Both the position numbers and the translations under genes were made by a program. A stretch of 63,814 nt of DNA, the filler included, from Octopus bimaculoides (taxonomy: Eukaryota): assembly GCF_001194135.2 (NCBI RefSeq). It is 7 parts of 6 records of this genome, joined end to end, with 100 filler letters (N's around TTAATTAATTAA, not from the genome) between each part and the next. Parts side by side here need not be neighbours in the genome. Positions count along the whole stretch, not along the records: positions 22,201 to 50,806 come from NC_068982.1; 6 more parts are not named here. One strand, given 5' to 3'. Numbering within the stretch: the first letter of the stretch is position 1; each line of letters begins with the position of its first letter. Below, one piece after another: positions 23,559-35,412 of this stretch. The notes beneath the pieces were generated by a model. That model saw nothing but the letters and a program-made list of their open reading frames with translations. It ran no database searches and had not been told where the DNA came from.

Positions 23559-23714
23559 TCTCTTGCTCGCTCTCCTTCTCGTACTCATTATCCCTCTATA
23601 TTTCTTTGTGTACTTATAGACATGTACACATACATGAATATATCTATATATTTATCTATACGTATTTATCGTTATTTACAAATATACATGTACAAGCACA
23701 CAGACACAGACACA

Positions 23715-23749
<35 letters not shown>

Positions 23750-23751
<2 letters not shown>

Positions 23752-23905
23752 GAGTGGCTGTGTGGTAGGAAGCTTGCTTACCAACCACATGATTCCATAT
23801 TCAGTTCCACTGCGCAGCACCTTGGTCAAGTATCTTCTACTATACATTTGGGCCTACCAAAGCTCTATGAGTAGATTTGGTAGATGGTAACTGAAAGTCC
23901 GTCGT
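23750..23905 (+). mobile_element. SINE family A head
   Basis: GGAGTGGCTGTGTGGTAG...TTCAGTTCCACTGCG...GATTTGGTAGA. Confidence 0.8.
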
Positions 23906-24344
23906 ATATATATATATNNNNNNNNNNNNNNNNNNNNNNNNNNNNNNNNNNNNNNNNNNNNNNNNNNNNNNNNNNNNNNNNNNNNNNNNNNNNNNNNNNN
24001 NNNNNNNNNNNNNNNNNNNNNNNNNNNNNNNNNNNNNNNNNNNNNNNNNNNNNNNNNNNNNNNNNNNNNNNNNNNNNNNNNNNNNNNNNNNNNNNNNNNN
24101 NNNNNNNNNNNNNNNNNNNNNNNNNNNNNNNNNNNNNNNNNNNNNNNNNNNNNNNNNNNNNNNNNNNNNNNNNNNNNNNNNNNNNNNNNNNNNNNNNNNN
24201 NNNNNNNNNNNNNNNNNNNNNNNNNNNNNNNNNNNNNNNNNNNNNNNNNNNNNNNNNNNNNNNNNNNNNNNNNNNNNNNNNNNNNNNNNNNNNNNNNNNN
24301 NNNNNNNNNNNNNNNNNNNNNNNNNNNNNNNNNNNNNNNNNNNN

Positions 24345-24392
<48 letters not shown>

Positions 24393-24476
24393 TGTGTCTG
24401 TGTTTGTGTTAAATAAAATGAGACAACAAAGCCAAAACAGTGTGGAATTGCTAGTACATTTATAAAGAGAAATGTA

Positions 24477-24524
24477 GTCTTACAGCTGTTTCAGTGATAT
24501 GAAGCATATCCCATCATCAGAGAC
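24477..24524 (-). ncRNA. Minimal type I hammerhead ribozyme of the Penelope-associated kind
   Basis: GTCT-CTGATGA-tgg-GATATG-ctt-CATATC-act-GAAA-C-AGCT-GTA-AGAC: 4-bp stem I, stem II, palindromic mini stem III, GUA cleavage triplet. Confidence 0.65.
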
Positions 24525-25149
24525 GATATGATAGAGTTAAATAGAGGGAATTAGTAGAGTTCGATACAAGAAGTTATTTTGAAAAGGGAGAAATATCGGA
24601 AGTATAGAAAGGAGTATGAGAATAAAAATAAAAATAAATGTTGGATGTTACTGTTGCAGTTCCATTATCCAAGGAAAGTGTTGTGTAGAATGGGTAGAGA
24701 GGCTTTTTGTCCATAGTATGTAAATTCCTGTAGGAATTCATATTTTGTTATTGCAAATGTATAATATGGAGACATTAATTCCATGTGCTGTTCATTCAAA
24801 GGGGTTTTGTAGGATGAATGGAATTTTGAGAACGTACTGGTAGAGATAAGTAGATAGAGAGAAGAGATGTGTATGATAGATGACATACATATTGGGTTGG
24901 TGCATAATTACTGCGGCTTCTTTTCAGCAAATTTTATTCAACAAAAACAATAACAATATTTAACAAAAACATCTCTAAATCACGGTCTGACCGTCTGCCA
25001 CGCAAATGGGAAGCAGTAATTGAAGTAGATAGTGAATATGCTCCGGAATAATCATTTAAAGATGTTTTTGTTACATGTTGCTATTGTTTTTGTTGAATAA
25101 AGTTTTGTTTTAAAAGAAGCCGCAATAATTATGCACCAACTCAATACTT

Positions 25150-25275
25150 AGAGGCTTTTCATCCGTCTATACGTCTGAGTTCAAATTCCGCCGGGGTCGA
25201 CTTTGCCTTCCACCCTCTCAGAGTCGATAAAATAAGTGTCAGTTGAGTAATTGGATCAATGTAATCGGCTTACTC
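25150..25275 (+). mobile_element. SINE family B, partial
   Basis: TGAGTTCAAATTCCGCCGGGGTCGACTTTGCC core. Confidence 0.75.
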
Positions 25276-25280
25276 CAATA

Positions 25281-25842
25281 TATTCTTTTATTTGTTTCAG
25301 TCACTTGATTGCGGTCATGCTGGAGCACCGCCTTTAGTCGAAGAAATCGATCCCAGCAGTTATTCTTTGTAAGCCTAGTACTTATCCTATCGGGCTCTTT
25401 TGCCGAACCGCTAAGTTACGGGGACGTAAACAGACCATCATGGATTGTCAAGCGATGGTGGCGGGGGGACAAATAGAGACACAAAAACTTATACATATAC
25501 ATATATATATATATACATATATTTGGGTAAAACCTCCACTTTTACCCGCTCCCATTGATTGCACCTAGTATAGCACTAGTGTAGCAATAATTGGGTACCC
25601 TCCCAGCAGTATACTGGATAGATACTATCCCTTAGTGGGTTGTACCCCCAACCCCTAACTCTCTCACGTTATATATATATATATACATACATGTATACGC
25701 CGTCTACCAAATCCATTCACTAGGCTTTGTTCGGCCCGAGGCTATAGTAGAGGACATTTGCCCAAACTGCCATGCAGTGGGACTGAACCCGGAACCATGT
25801 GGTCGGGGAGCAAGCTTTTTACCACACAACCACTCCTGCGCC
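25281..25842 (-). mobile_element. SINE family A, full-length, carrying a ~145-bp insert in its (TA)n tract
   Basis: Tail at 25281-25335, head ends CCACTCCTGCGCC at 25842, foreign sequence at about 25522-25669. Confidence 0.85.
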
Positions 25843-25849
25843 TTTATTA

Positions 25850-25979
25850 TAAAAGCTGCAAAATATTCACAGAACTGTTACTCAGAGTTTCACGTTCCTA
25901 TTCGTCGGACAGTTATAATGAATACGAACGGGAACGTGAAACTCTGAGCAACATTTCTGTGAGGATTTTGCAGCTTTTA
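25850..25979. other. 130-nt near-perfect inverted repeat (hairpin)
   Basis: Perfect 15-, 8- and 18-bp helices: TAAAAGCTGCAAAAT, TCACAGAA and CTCAGAGTTTCACGTTCC with their complements. Confidence 0.9.
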
Positions 25980-26086
25980 CACTAAAACTTATTAGTCCAC
26001 CCTTAGTATTCGAGAACTATTTTTTACCATTGTTTTGCATTTGTGTGCCTCCCTGTTTGTATGTGTGTGTGAGTGTACAGATATAT

Positions 26087-26156
<70 letters not shown>

Positions 26157-26194
26157 GCAGGCAGATAGACAGACAGACACACATACAGACACAC

Positions 26195-26259
<65 letters not shown>

Positions 26260-27623
26260 TAACACTATACGCGCAAAACCCCATAATATACTCACATAAT
26301 TTTTAATTGTTATGACTAAAGAATAGTTATTAGTTTTCTTTCAATGTTTTCTTTGCCTTCTTTCGAAAGTTACTTTGATTTCATCCTTAATTTCATGAAT
26401 GATCGAAATACATTGATTAATCGTAAATGCATTTTATTTATAGTAACCTGCAATATTCATGTCTTGTGTTTCGCTGACTGAACTGGAATATATATTTTGC
26501 ATAAGAGACAATACAAATCCATGTTTCTCATATATATGCAAATAGAAAATGTTTTTAAATAGACTTGCAATGAAAATCTTTTAATTCGGGAGCATCGATT
26601 TTTGTTTTCTTCCGTGGAAAACAAATTATTTATGAAAGTCGTTTACATTAGACGGATCCATCCAATTAACATATTTAAGAGGTCATTTCTGACGTGGGAT
26701 AAAACATTTTTAATCATATTCCCTTTATATAATGAAAACAATCGATTATTTTTTAGAATATTTGTTCAGTGTTGTAGAGAAACTGTCTTCAAGCTCTGCA
26801 CGCAACGTAGTTTCTATTACTGGACAGTCGAATGTACTTCCTTTGCATTTCCGTTGAACTTCCGCTGTACTTCGTACATGCCAGGTCGTATATGTAAGTT
26901 ATAAACAAGATCCAATTTATGATTCTTTTATTACACAAAGTGAGCAACGAAACGTTTTCCCTTTCAAATTCATCTATACACCGTGCAAATTCGGTTACAC
27001 TATCATGAAGATATGTTAGAGTTAGATTCCTCATTCTCTCCCTATTTCAGTCTACAATTCTCTCTATTTTTGCCAACTCTCTCCCCTTCATTTGTTTCTT
27101 TTTTCTCTATATTTCTATTACATTATTTAGCAATGAAGAATATGGTTAAGTGTCTGTTTTCTTTCTCCTGTCTTGCTGTATCTTTGATAATGATTTTTAG
27201 ATAGCAAGAGATTGAAATCCTTCATATGAAACATTCGTAACGTAGTTAAACTCACAATATTTAAGGAAAAGAAGTATAACAAAAGGAATTTCGGAATTTC
27301 TAACAATATNNNNNNNNNNNNNNNNNNNNNNNNNNNNNNNNNNNNNNNNNNNNNNNNNNNNNNNNNNNNNNNNNNNNNNNNNNNNNNNNNNNNNNNNNNN
27401 NNNNNNNNNNNNNNNNNNNNNNNNNNNNNNNNNNNNNNNNNNNNNNNNNNNNNNNNNNNNNNNNNNNNNNNNNNNNAATAAAACGAATGGTCTACACCTA
27501 GTAACTTACTAGTAAGGCGCAGTCACTTTCCCAGTGATCTTTATGTGTATGGCAAATGAAAGACGCTAACAATTGTCGTGATTAAAAATAAGTTTTCGTA
27601 TATTTTATCTTCCGTCTTTTATT

Positions 27624-27663
<40 letters not shown>

Positions 27664-29221
27664 TTCTGTAATTTCTCAACTGCAATTTCAGAGACACTCA
27701 TAATTTGTAGTAATTTGAAATTTATATCTCTGATTGAATGCTTTAAACAGTTTTAAGAAACCCACATTTGCTTATGTAATGTTTGGGAGCCAAACCCAAG
27801 TTGCTTCTATTTCAAAACGTGCTTCAATCATCATAATTCAGGCGCAAATACAAATCTATGAAAATGTGAGTGAATATCTCTTTTGGTTCTACACACCATA
27901 CATTTTGGAACTATATTTGTATTGTAGTTAAATATATACTTCATGTAAATCTCATGGCATAATGTATATTTGAGATACAGTGTCATTTAACACAATTAAC
28001 AGACGTGCAAAATCAAACATCGATCGTACCAGTATTTAATGAATTTGTTTTCTCTGAGAAAATATTTCACTAAACCTCCGATTAAATCACTTTTAAGATT
28101 TTGTTACAGTTCGAAAACAATTATAGCAAAAATTAGATTACTTTCCAGTGTATATGACGAAGGGGTTTATCACGATTCTCTGGTATATATATCTTAGCAA
28201 AATTTGAAATTACTTTAAATGCTGATCGAAAATGAGTCGCAGAAATTTCGCTTACGAGGAATGTTTCCACGCTACGTTCATTTATCGCCATCTGGACTTA
28301 TAAAATATTTTGGAACTTACAATTAGTTCTCTAGAATTCTAAACGCAAACTTTCCTGTAGCAATAATGTCACATAAACATTTCCTATCAAATTGTCCATT
28401 TTGTTATTTTCGCTCCTTTAATGGTTTTTAGCACGTATGAGTTCGTGACAAATTACATTAACCACGTAACCTATCATATTTATATCTTAAACTTATGATA
28501 CAAAAACTGCTGCAAGTTCTACATTTTGAAATTATTTACAGCATAGTTAAAGTATTATGTCCATGATCGTTTTTTTATATTTGTATGCAAGGAAATAATC
28601 GTTAGCATTCATTGCATTTATACTGAAATTATCTAAGAGTTAACGATATCCCTAACGTATAGCAATTACTAAATAATGTGAAATTTAAGGAGATTTCATT
28701 GATAAAGCCTGACAAGTTTTGAAATTTGGAAGTGTTCTCGCAACGATCATTTTGAAATATATTTACTTTAGAGACACGCAGTCTGTAAGAATGAAAACAG
28801 ATCAGGTTAAATATATGACATATTATTTTAGAATGATAATTCGTTGATTTAAATTGCAGTATATCAGAGTGCAGAGATATGAATTTAAGAATGTTATTCC
28901 TCTACATGATTATTCTCATGATTCAAGGCTAGATTTTTATTTTCTCTGTTTATTTCCTCGTGTTCCTTTCTGTTGAAGAGGAGCTAGCGGTCAATCATGG
29001 CTGCTGGCTGGACGGGGGTGGGCAGACAGGAGAGCTAACGAGAAGGGGAGATAATAAAGTGGTGATGATCCCATAACGAAGGTGCGCGTGCGAATGTATG
29101 TATGTGAGAGTGTGTAAGTGTGTAAGTGTTGATAGGGCTGGTGACCTTGACGTGTAGGTGTGTACGTGTGCGCAGGGTGATGTGGTGTGATGTAGTGTTG
29201 CAGGATGTAGTGTGGTTCTGT

Positions 29222-29298
<77 letters not shown>

Positions 29299-29980
29299 NN
29301 NNNNNNNNNNNNNNNNNNNNNNNNNNNNNNNNNNNNNNNNNNNNNNNNNNNNNNNNNNNNNNNNNNNNNNNNNNNNNNNNNNNNNNNNNNNNNNNNNNNN
29401 NNNNNNNNNNNNNNNNNNNNNNNNNNNNNNNNNNNNNNNNNNNNNNNNNNNNNNNNNNNNNNNNNNNNNNNNNNNNNNNNNNNNNNNNNNNNNNNNNNNN
29501 NNNNNNNNNNNNNNNNNNNNNNNNNNNNNNNNNNNNNNNNNNNNNNNNNNNNNNNNNNNNNNNNNNNNNNNNNNNNNNNNNNNNNNNNNNNNNNNNNNNN
29601 NNNNNNNNNNNNNNNNNNNNNNNNNNNNNNNNNNNNNNNNNNNNNNNNNNNNNNNNNNNNNNNNNNNNNNNNNNNNNNNNNNNNNNNNNNNNNNNNNNNN
29701 NNNNNNNNNNNNNNNNNNNNNNNNNNNNNNNNNNNNNNNNNNNNNNNNNNNNNNNNNNNNNNNNNNNNNNNNNNNNNNNNNNNNNNNNNNNNNNNNNNNN
29801 NNNNNNNNNNNNNNNNNNNNNNNNNNNNNNNNNNNNNNNNNNNNNNNNNNNNNNNNNNNNNNNNNNNNNNNNNNNNNNNNNNNNNNNNNNNNNNNNNNNN
29901 NNNNNNNNNNNNNNNNNNNNNNNTATATATATACATATATATATATATATGCATATATATATATATGTATGTATGTATGT

Positions 29981-30048
<68 letters not shown>

Positions 30049-30059
30049 ATAGACAATCT

Positions 30060-30830
30060 TTTCCCTAGTTATTAATTATTCAATCTATTTTTAAGCAGAG
30101 TGACATTTACCTTTCGGGAAGAATGGTAGAAAAATATGTACCTTTGGGAAAAAAATACTGAAAACAAAATTTTTAATAAACCATGCCATAACCAATGCAA
30201 GACAAATTGCAATCTCTACCTTTCGAAGAAGCACCCATACATATAATCCTTTTGTAGTCACCCCTAATCCTGGAATGCACAACATCTTACATTCGTCTGA
30301 ACAATACTAATTCTACATCAATCCTCGGATCTCCGACACAGTTAACAAATAAAAAATTATTTAGAGTCATAGATAACTACCAAATCTCCAAAGACTCCTA
30401 ACAAAAGCGACATTCACATGGGAGAAAGATATGATGCAGGAAACACGGTATGGGATTTTTGGTTGTATGATGTGTAAAATAATTCAACAAGAAAGAACTG
30501 AAAGATTAAAGAGTAAGAAAGAACTGAAATTAAATGTAAACATGAATTGCAAATCCGAAAAATCTCATCTACTGTATCACCTGCCCACAATGCAATGGGA
30601 ATTACATAGAAAAATACAGAATCAACATTAATTACCCATGTGAGAGCGCACTAAGAGAAAATTAAACATTCATCTGTAAGAAACGTTCAGTGTAGTGAAA
30701 ATGTAGACATTTGTGCAAACGGAAAATTCAAAATATTTTCTTTTTTTTCAATTGAAAAGAAAATGATCAAAAATGAAAGGCGAAAATGAATACTTCATAA
30801 AAAAATTTTAATGCAAAACTAAATCGAAAA
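30060..30830 (+). mobile_element. Penelope-like element remnant: linker plus GIY-YIG endonuclease region
   Basis: Frameshifted translation KII*SHR*LPNLQRLLTKATF ... GCMMCKII ... NLIYCITCPQCNGNYI ... CSENVDICANGKFKIF ... NEYFIKKF. Confidence 0.75.
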
Positions 30831-31025
30831 TAAAATACTATTACTAAAACGAACTTCCTCTATAGGTTCTCAAGGTGGGCGCTACCCCACTCAGGTGGAC
30901 GTTGAGAGGGACCAGGTAGGCGCTGCTGTCTAAGGGGGTGATGCAGTGTGGATCGAGAAAAAGGACGCATTGGGAGGAAGGCAGTGGATTGGGGGACGCT
31001 ATGAATTTATAATACTTTTATAGTA

Positions 31026-31445
31026 TTGTATACAAATTATGTAATGTTGGCGATATACATCGGCTGTTATCGTTCGATTGTTTTCCCACAGCTTGTGACG
31101 AATTATTCCACTCATATACCACCAAACACTCAGAAGAATCTACCTTGGATGAAAGTCACTACTGAACTGCTGAGCTGGTTCTTCACCACGACTGAACCAC
31201 TGACGTTTTCACTTGAAATTATGGTACAGTATCCAGTAATAACTCTGTTCAAAAAAGTATTTGCTGCTCACGTGATTGCTATGATACACAGCAGTCAACA
31301 CATTGTTTGCGAGTATCTGCAGAGGGATCATTCGGGTCTCATTTTCCAACCTTTGATATTTTACCAAGCATTTTCAACTCACGATGAATGGCTCACGTTG
31401 AAGCCCCCGTGTTTAGTTCCAAAGCATCAGAATACGCCTCTTCTT
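31026..31445 (-). mobile_element. Mariner (DD34D) transposase pseudogene fragment
   Basis: IHRELKMLGKISKVGK...WILYHN...KRQW...HPR*ILLSVWW...RTITADVY; contains stops. Confidence 0.8.
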
Positions 31446-31496
31446 GTATGTGTCTTATATGTGTACATATAAGCATACGCATCAGAAAAAGATATA

Positions 31497-31542
<46 letters not shown>

Positions 31543-32212
31543 ATACTGAGCCATAAACATGTGTTATATCATAACGTGTTTTCTTTGTCTTGCAGACGAC
31601 AAACAGAAACTTCATCAACCTGAAATAAATAACAGAAATCCGAATTAATTCAGTTTGTATACATTCCTGGGAACAAAGCCATAAGCCTGAAGCTGTCAAA
31701 ATTCAAGTATCAAGTATTTATGTACAGAAAAAAACTTTTACATAATTTGTTGACAACTAAAGCTTTAACTGTCCTCGGTACTCTTAATATAAATATTTGT
31801 CAAAATGAATAAAGCAGACTTGTAAAACAGCAATCAAATAGAGTGCTCCATAAACTAGATTTAGAAAGATATCATGTTAAGTAATGTATAGCTTAACAGA
31901 ATTTTAATAAAACACTCAAGGTATACACATTACGATAAACATATCGGCACAATAGATTTATATTGATAGTATACATATAAGTGTGTGTGTGTGTGTGTGT
32001 GTGTATACATATGTGGGTGTGTGGTTGTGTATAAATCGATCAGATAAGGGAGGTGAAGTTAGAGAATAGATGTTTATTCCATTTTCTAACATGCGTTAGA
32101 TAAACTGCAAAATCATTCCATGTATATAACTAAATATACATACACAAACACACACAAACACTAACAGATATATATATGTATATATGTACTTATGTTTGTA
32201 GATATGCATGTG

Positions 32213-32265
<53 letters not shown>

Positions 32266-33019
32266 NNNNNNNNNNNNNNNNNNNNNNNNNNNNNNNNNNN
32301 NNNNNNNNNNNNNNNNNNNNNNNNNNNNNNNNNNNNNNNNNNNNNNNNNNNNNNNNNNNNNNNNNNNNNNNNNNNNNNNNNNNNNNNNNNNNNNNNNNNN
32401 NNNNNNNNNNNNNNNNNNNNNNNNNNNNNNNNNNNNNNNNNNNNNNNNNNNNNNNNNNNNNNNNNNNNNNNNNNNNNNNNNNNNNNNNNNNNNNNNNNNN
32501 NNNNNNNNNNNNNNNNNNNNNNNNNNNNNNNNNNNNNNNNNNNNNNNNNNNNNNNNNNNNNNNNNNNNNNNNNNNNNNNNNNNNNNNNNNNNNNNNNNNN
32601 NNNNNNNNNNNNNNNNNNNNNNNNNNNNNNNNNNNNNNNNNNNNNNNNNNNNNNNNNNNNNNNNNNNNNNNNNNNNNNNNNNNNNNNNNNNNNNNNNNNN
32701 NNNNNNNNNNNNNNNNNNNNNNNNNNNNNNNNNNNNNNNNNTATATATATAATGATTATAAATATGTATATAAGCATATATGACGGGCTTTCCCATCAAA
32801 GACGATGTATGAATGTTCAGCGACAAGGCAAATAAACAATATAGCCAGGAATTACGTAATAACAGTAGAAACAAAAAGAAAGAGAAAAACAAGCCGGTCC
32901 TAGTAGACACACAAATAGACAAACAACAACACACTCTCACTGCTATTACTTCAATTCACCAATGTTTGCAATTCATTCACTACACCTGGTGACTTCTCAT
33001 GGGAGTCCTCGGGTCACCA

Positions 33020-33510
33020 AAAGCCATATCGATATGAACTTGACTTATGAAATATGAAACCGGGAGGTGATCTACCTGACAAATCCCAATGCGGACAATG
33101 GTGGTTCTGTTGGTTTCTTTTCCTATTTTCTCAAAACTGATCTTGATGAAGTACCCTAAGAGTTTGATGATATTGAAGCTGACAAAACACTTCTCCTCCA
33201 GGCTGCATGGTTTCTCTCAAGATTCTTAAGGTTTTCAAGATTTCCAAATTATCACAGAATTTATCATTATATGAACTATATTGCGTCGTAAGTTTTCAAG
33301 GTGATAAAATATTTGCTTTGGTATTCGGCCATTATTCATGCGAAATATGTATCCATACTATCGCGTCTTGGACTTAATTAAGAAAGCTTCTATACCGGGT
33401 ATAGCACGCATTTCCAAGACATTGCTATTCTTTACAAGTTCATCCCACTTTATCTTGCATTTTTATACAAGTGAAATACACATCGGAAGTGCTTTGTTCT
33501 ACATCACGCA
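33020..33510 (-). mobile_element. Decayed RTE/BovB-like LINE C-terminus
   Basis: IKWDELVKNSNVL...IPGIEAFL...YGYIFRMNNGRIPKQIFY...AAWRRSV...HCPH zinc-finger-like end. Confidence 0.65.
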
Positions 33511-33599
33511 GAAGTTTCGCCGAAAGACAACCACAAATGATTTTTTTTTTTAAATTGAGCACGCTCTCTATGAAATCGAAACAGAGGCACTTTGTGTCA

Positions 33600-33715
33600 T
33601 GAGTCAGTTGCCGACTTGATCATAGAGTAACATGGGATGAAGTGCTTTGCTCAAAAACACAACGCACCACGCGATCGTGAGTACAACACACCGACCACTA
33701 TGCCTTGCACCCTCA
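33600..33715 (-). mobile_element. SINE family C-like fragment
   Basis: Minus strand reads GCATAGTGGTC...GCGTTGTGTTTTTGAGCAAAGCACTT. Confidence 0.55.
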
Positions 33716-34974
33716 CAATACATATGAATATGTATGTATATATGTGTATATGTATTTATATGTATATATATGTATATATATATATATATATATATNNNNN
33801 NNNNNNNNNNNNNNNNNNNNNNNNNNNNNNNNNNNNNNNNNNNNNNNNNNNNNNNNNNNNNNNNNNNNNNNNNNNNNNNNNNNNNNNNNNNNNNNNNNNN
33901 NNNNNNNNNNNNNNNNNNNNNNNNNNNNNNNNNNNNNNNNNNNNNNNNNNNNNNNNNNNNNNNNNNNNNNNNNNNNNATATATATGTATGTATATATATA
34001 TATATATATATACAGAAATACATGCATACATACATACATCTCTGCTTTCTTCTGTCTTGTCTTTATTTTTTTAAGCCTCTGCCTTGGTTATTATGAGTGG
34101 GCAGATGTTGATTAAGTCTCTAAAATTTCTAATGCTGCACCCACTTATTTGTATTTCGTTTGGGGTTTCATATTTATTTGGTTGTTTTTTAAACTTAGTT
34201 TATTAATGCAGTTTGATGTTTGATCCAGTTTCTTTTCTTGATTAAAAGGGATTCTCTTCTCAAATTTTGATGTCATGGTACAATGGCGTTGCTGGCGTAA
34301 ATTTCGTTTTACTCAAAGTTAAAATTTTTAAAGATTCGTTTGTATGTATATCTTTTTCCTTGCTATTGCACTTGTTTCATTGTTTTATTTATTCATATTG
34401 TTATTGGCTGTGATGTTTCTTTCTGATTTATCTGTCAAATGAATTAAAGTTATATGTGTTTATGGAGGAAGTTAGGCGTGTGGCACATTGTAAATTGAGT
34501 TTTATGGTTGAGTGGTTCTTCCTAATCTGTTTTTAATTTTGGTTTTGTCAATAATGAAAGGATTAAAGGCTTCTTTATGGGGAGTGGAATTTCATTCTGT
34601 TTATTAAATTTGTCTGTTAAACTAATTAAAGATATTTGCTTGTTTATTTGTTTCGGTAATATATGTATTTTTTAATTAAAATTTCATGTGTCCTTGCGTG
34701 TGTTATTTGGTTCGGGCCTTGATTTGTTTTTATCTTGCGTATCAATGCATATCCTTCAGTGTTTTGTGGTGTGTGTGTGCTTTATTATTCTGTATCCATA
34801 CGTATACACACTACATGTCTAGTTTGTTAGGGCTGATTCAAGCTCGAGTCTTGTGGGTGCGGTGAAAGAGACTTGACAGTGGTCTTTGGCTGTTTGGAAT
34901 TCGATTCAGTTTGTTTGAAGATGAACTTATTTTCCTGCCTGCAATGTGATATATTATCAGTTCTCAAGGATCCT

Positions 34975-35145
34975 TAGCACACCAGACAAAATACTTAGCG
35001 GCATTTCGTCCGTTTTTATGATCCAAGTTCAAATTCCGCTGAGGTCAATAAAATAAGTACCAATTGAGTAATGGGTTCGATGTAATCGGCTTGGCCCCTT
35101 CCCCGAAACTGCTAGTCTTGTGCCAAAATTTTAAATCGATATATT
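34975..35145 (+). mobile_element. SINE family B
   Basis: TTAGCACACCAGACAAAATACTTAGCGGCATTTCG...AGTTCAAATTCCG. Confidence 0.75.
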
Positions 35146-35364
35146 ATCAATTGTCTTACTAAGTAGATATATTTTTCTAATATTTGGCATATTTTTTCTG
35201 GCCCAAAGAAGAACGATTTGAGATACAATTATATAAACGGCTGCGCGGTCTGTTGCTTTATTTCCACCCTCAGTGTATTAAAAGAGGAAGGGTTATCTTT
35301 TCTATATATTAGGAAATATGTTTAAATATACATACACACACACTCTTGCACATACATTCGTACG

Positions 35365-35412
<48 letters not shown>

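Noticed and set aside
31026-31472. 148-aa plus-strand ORF with a good acceptor at about 31090
   Set aside because: It is the antisense of a mariner transposase remnant.
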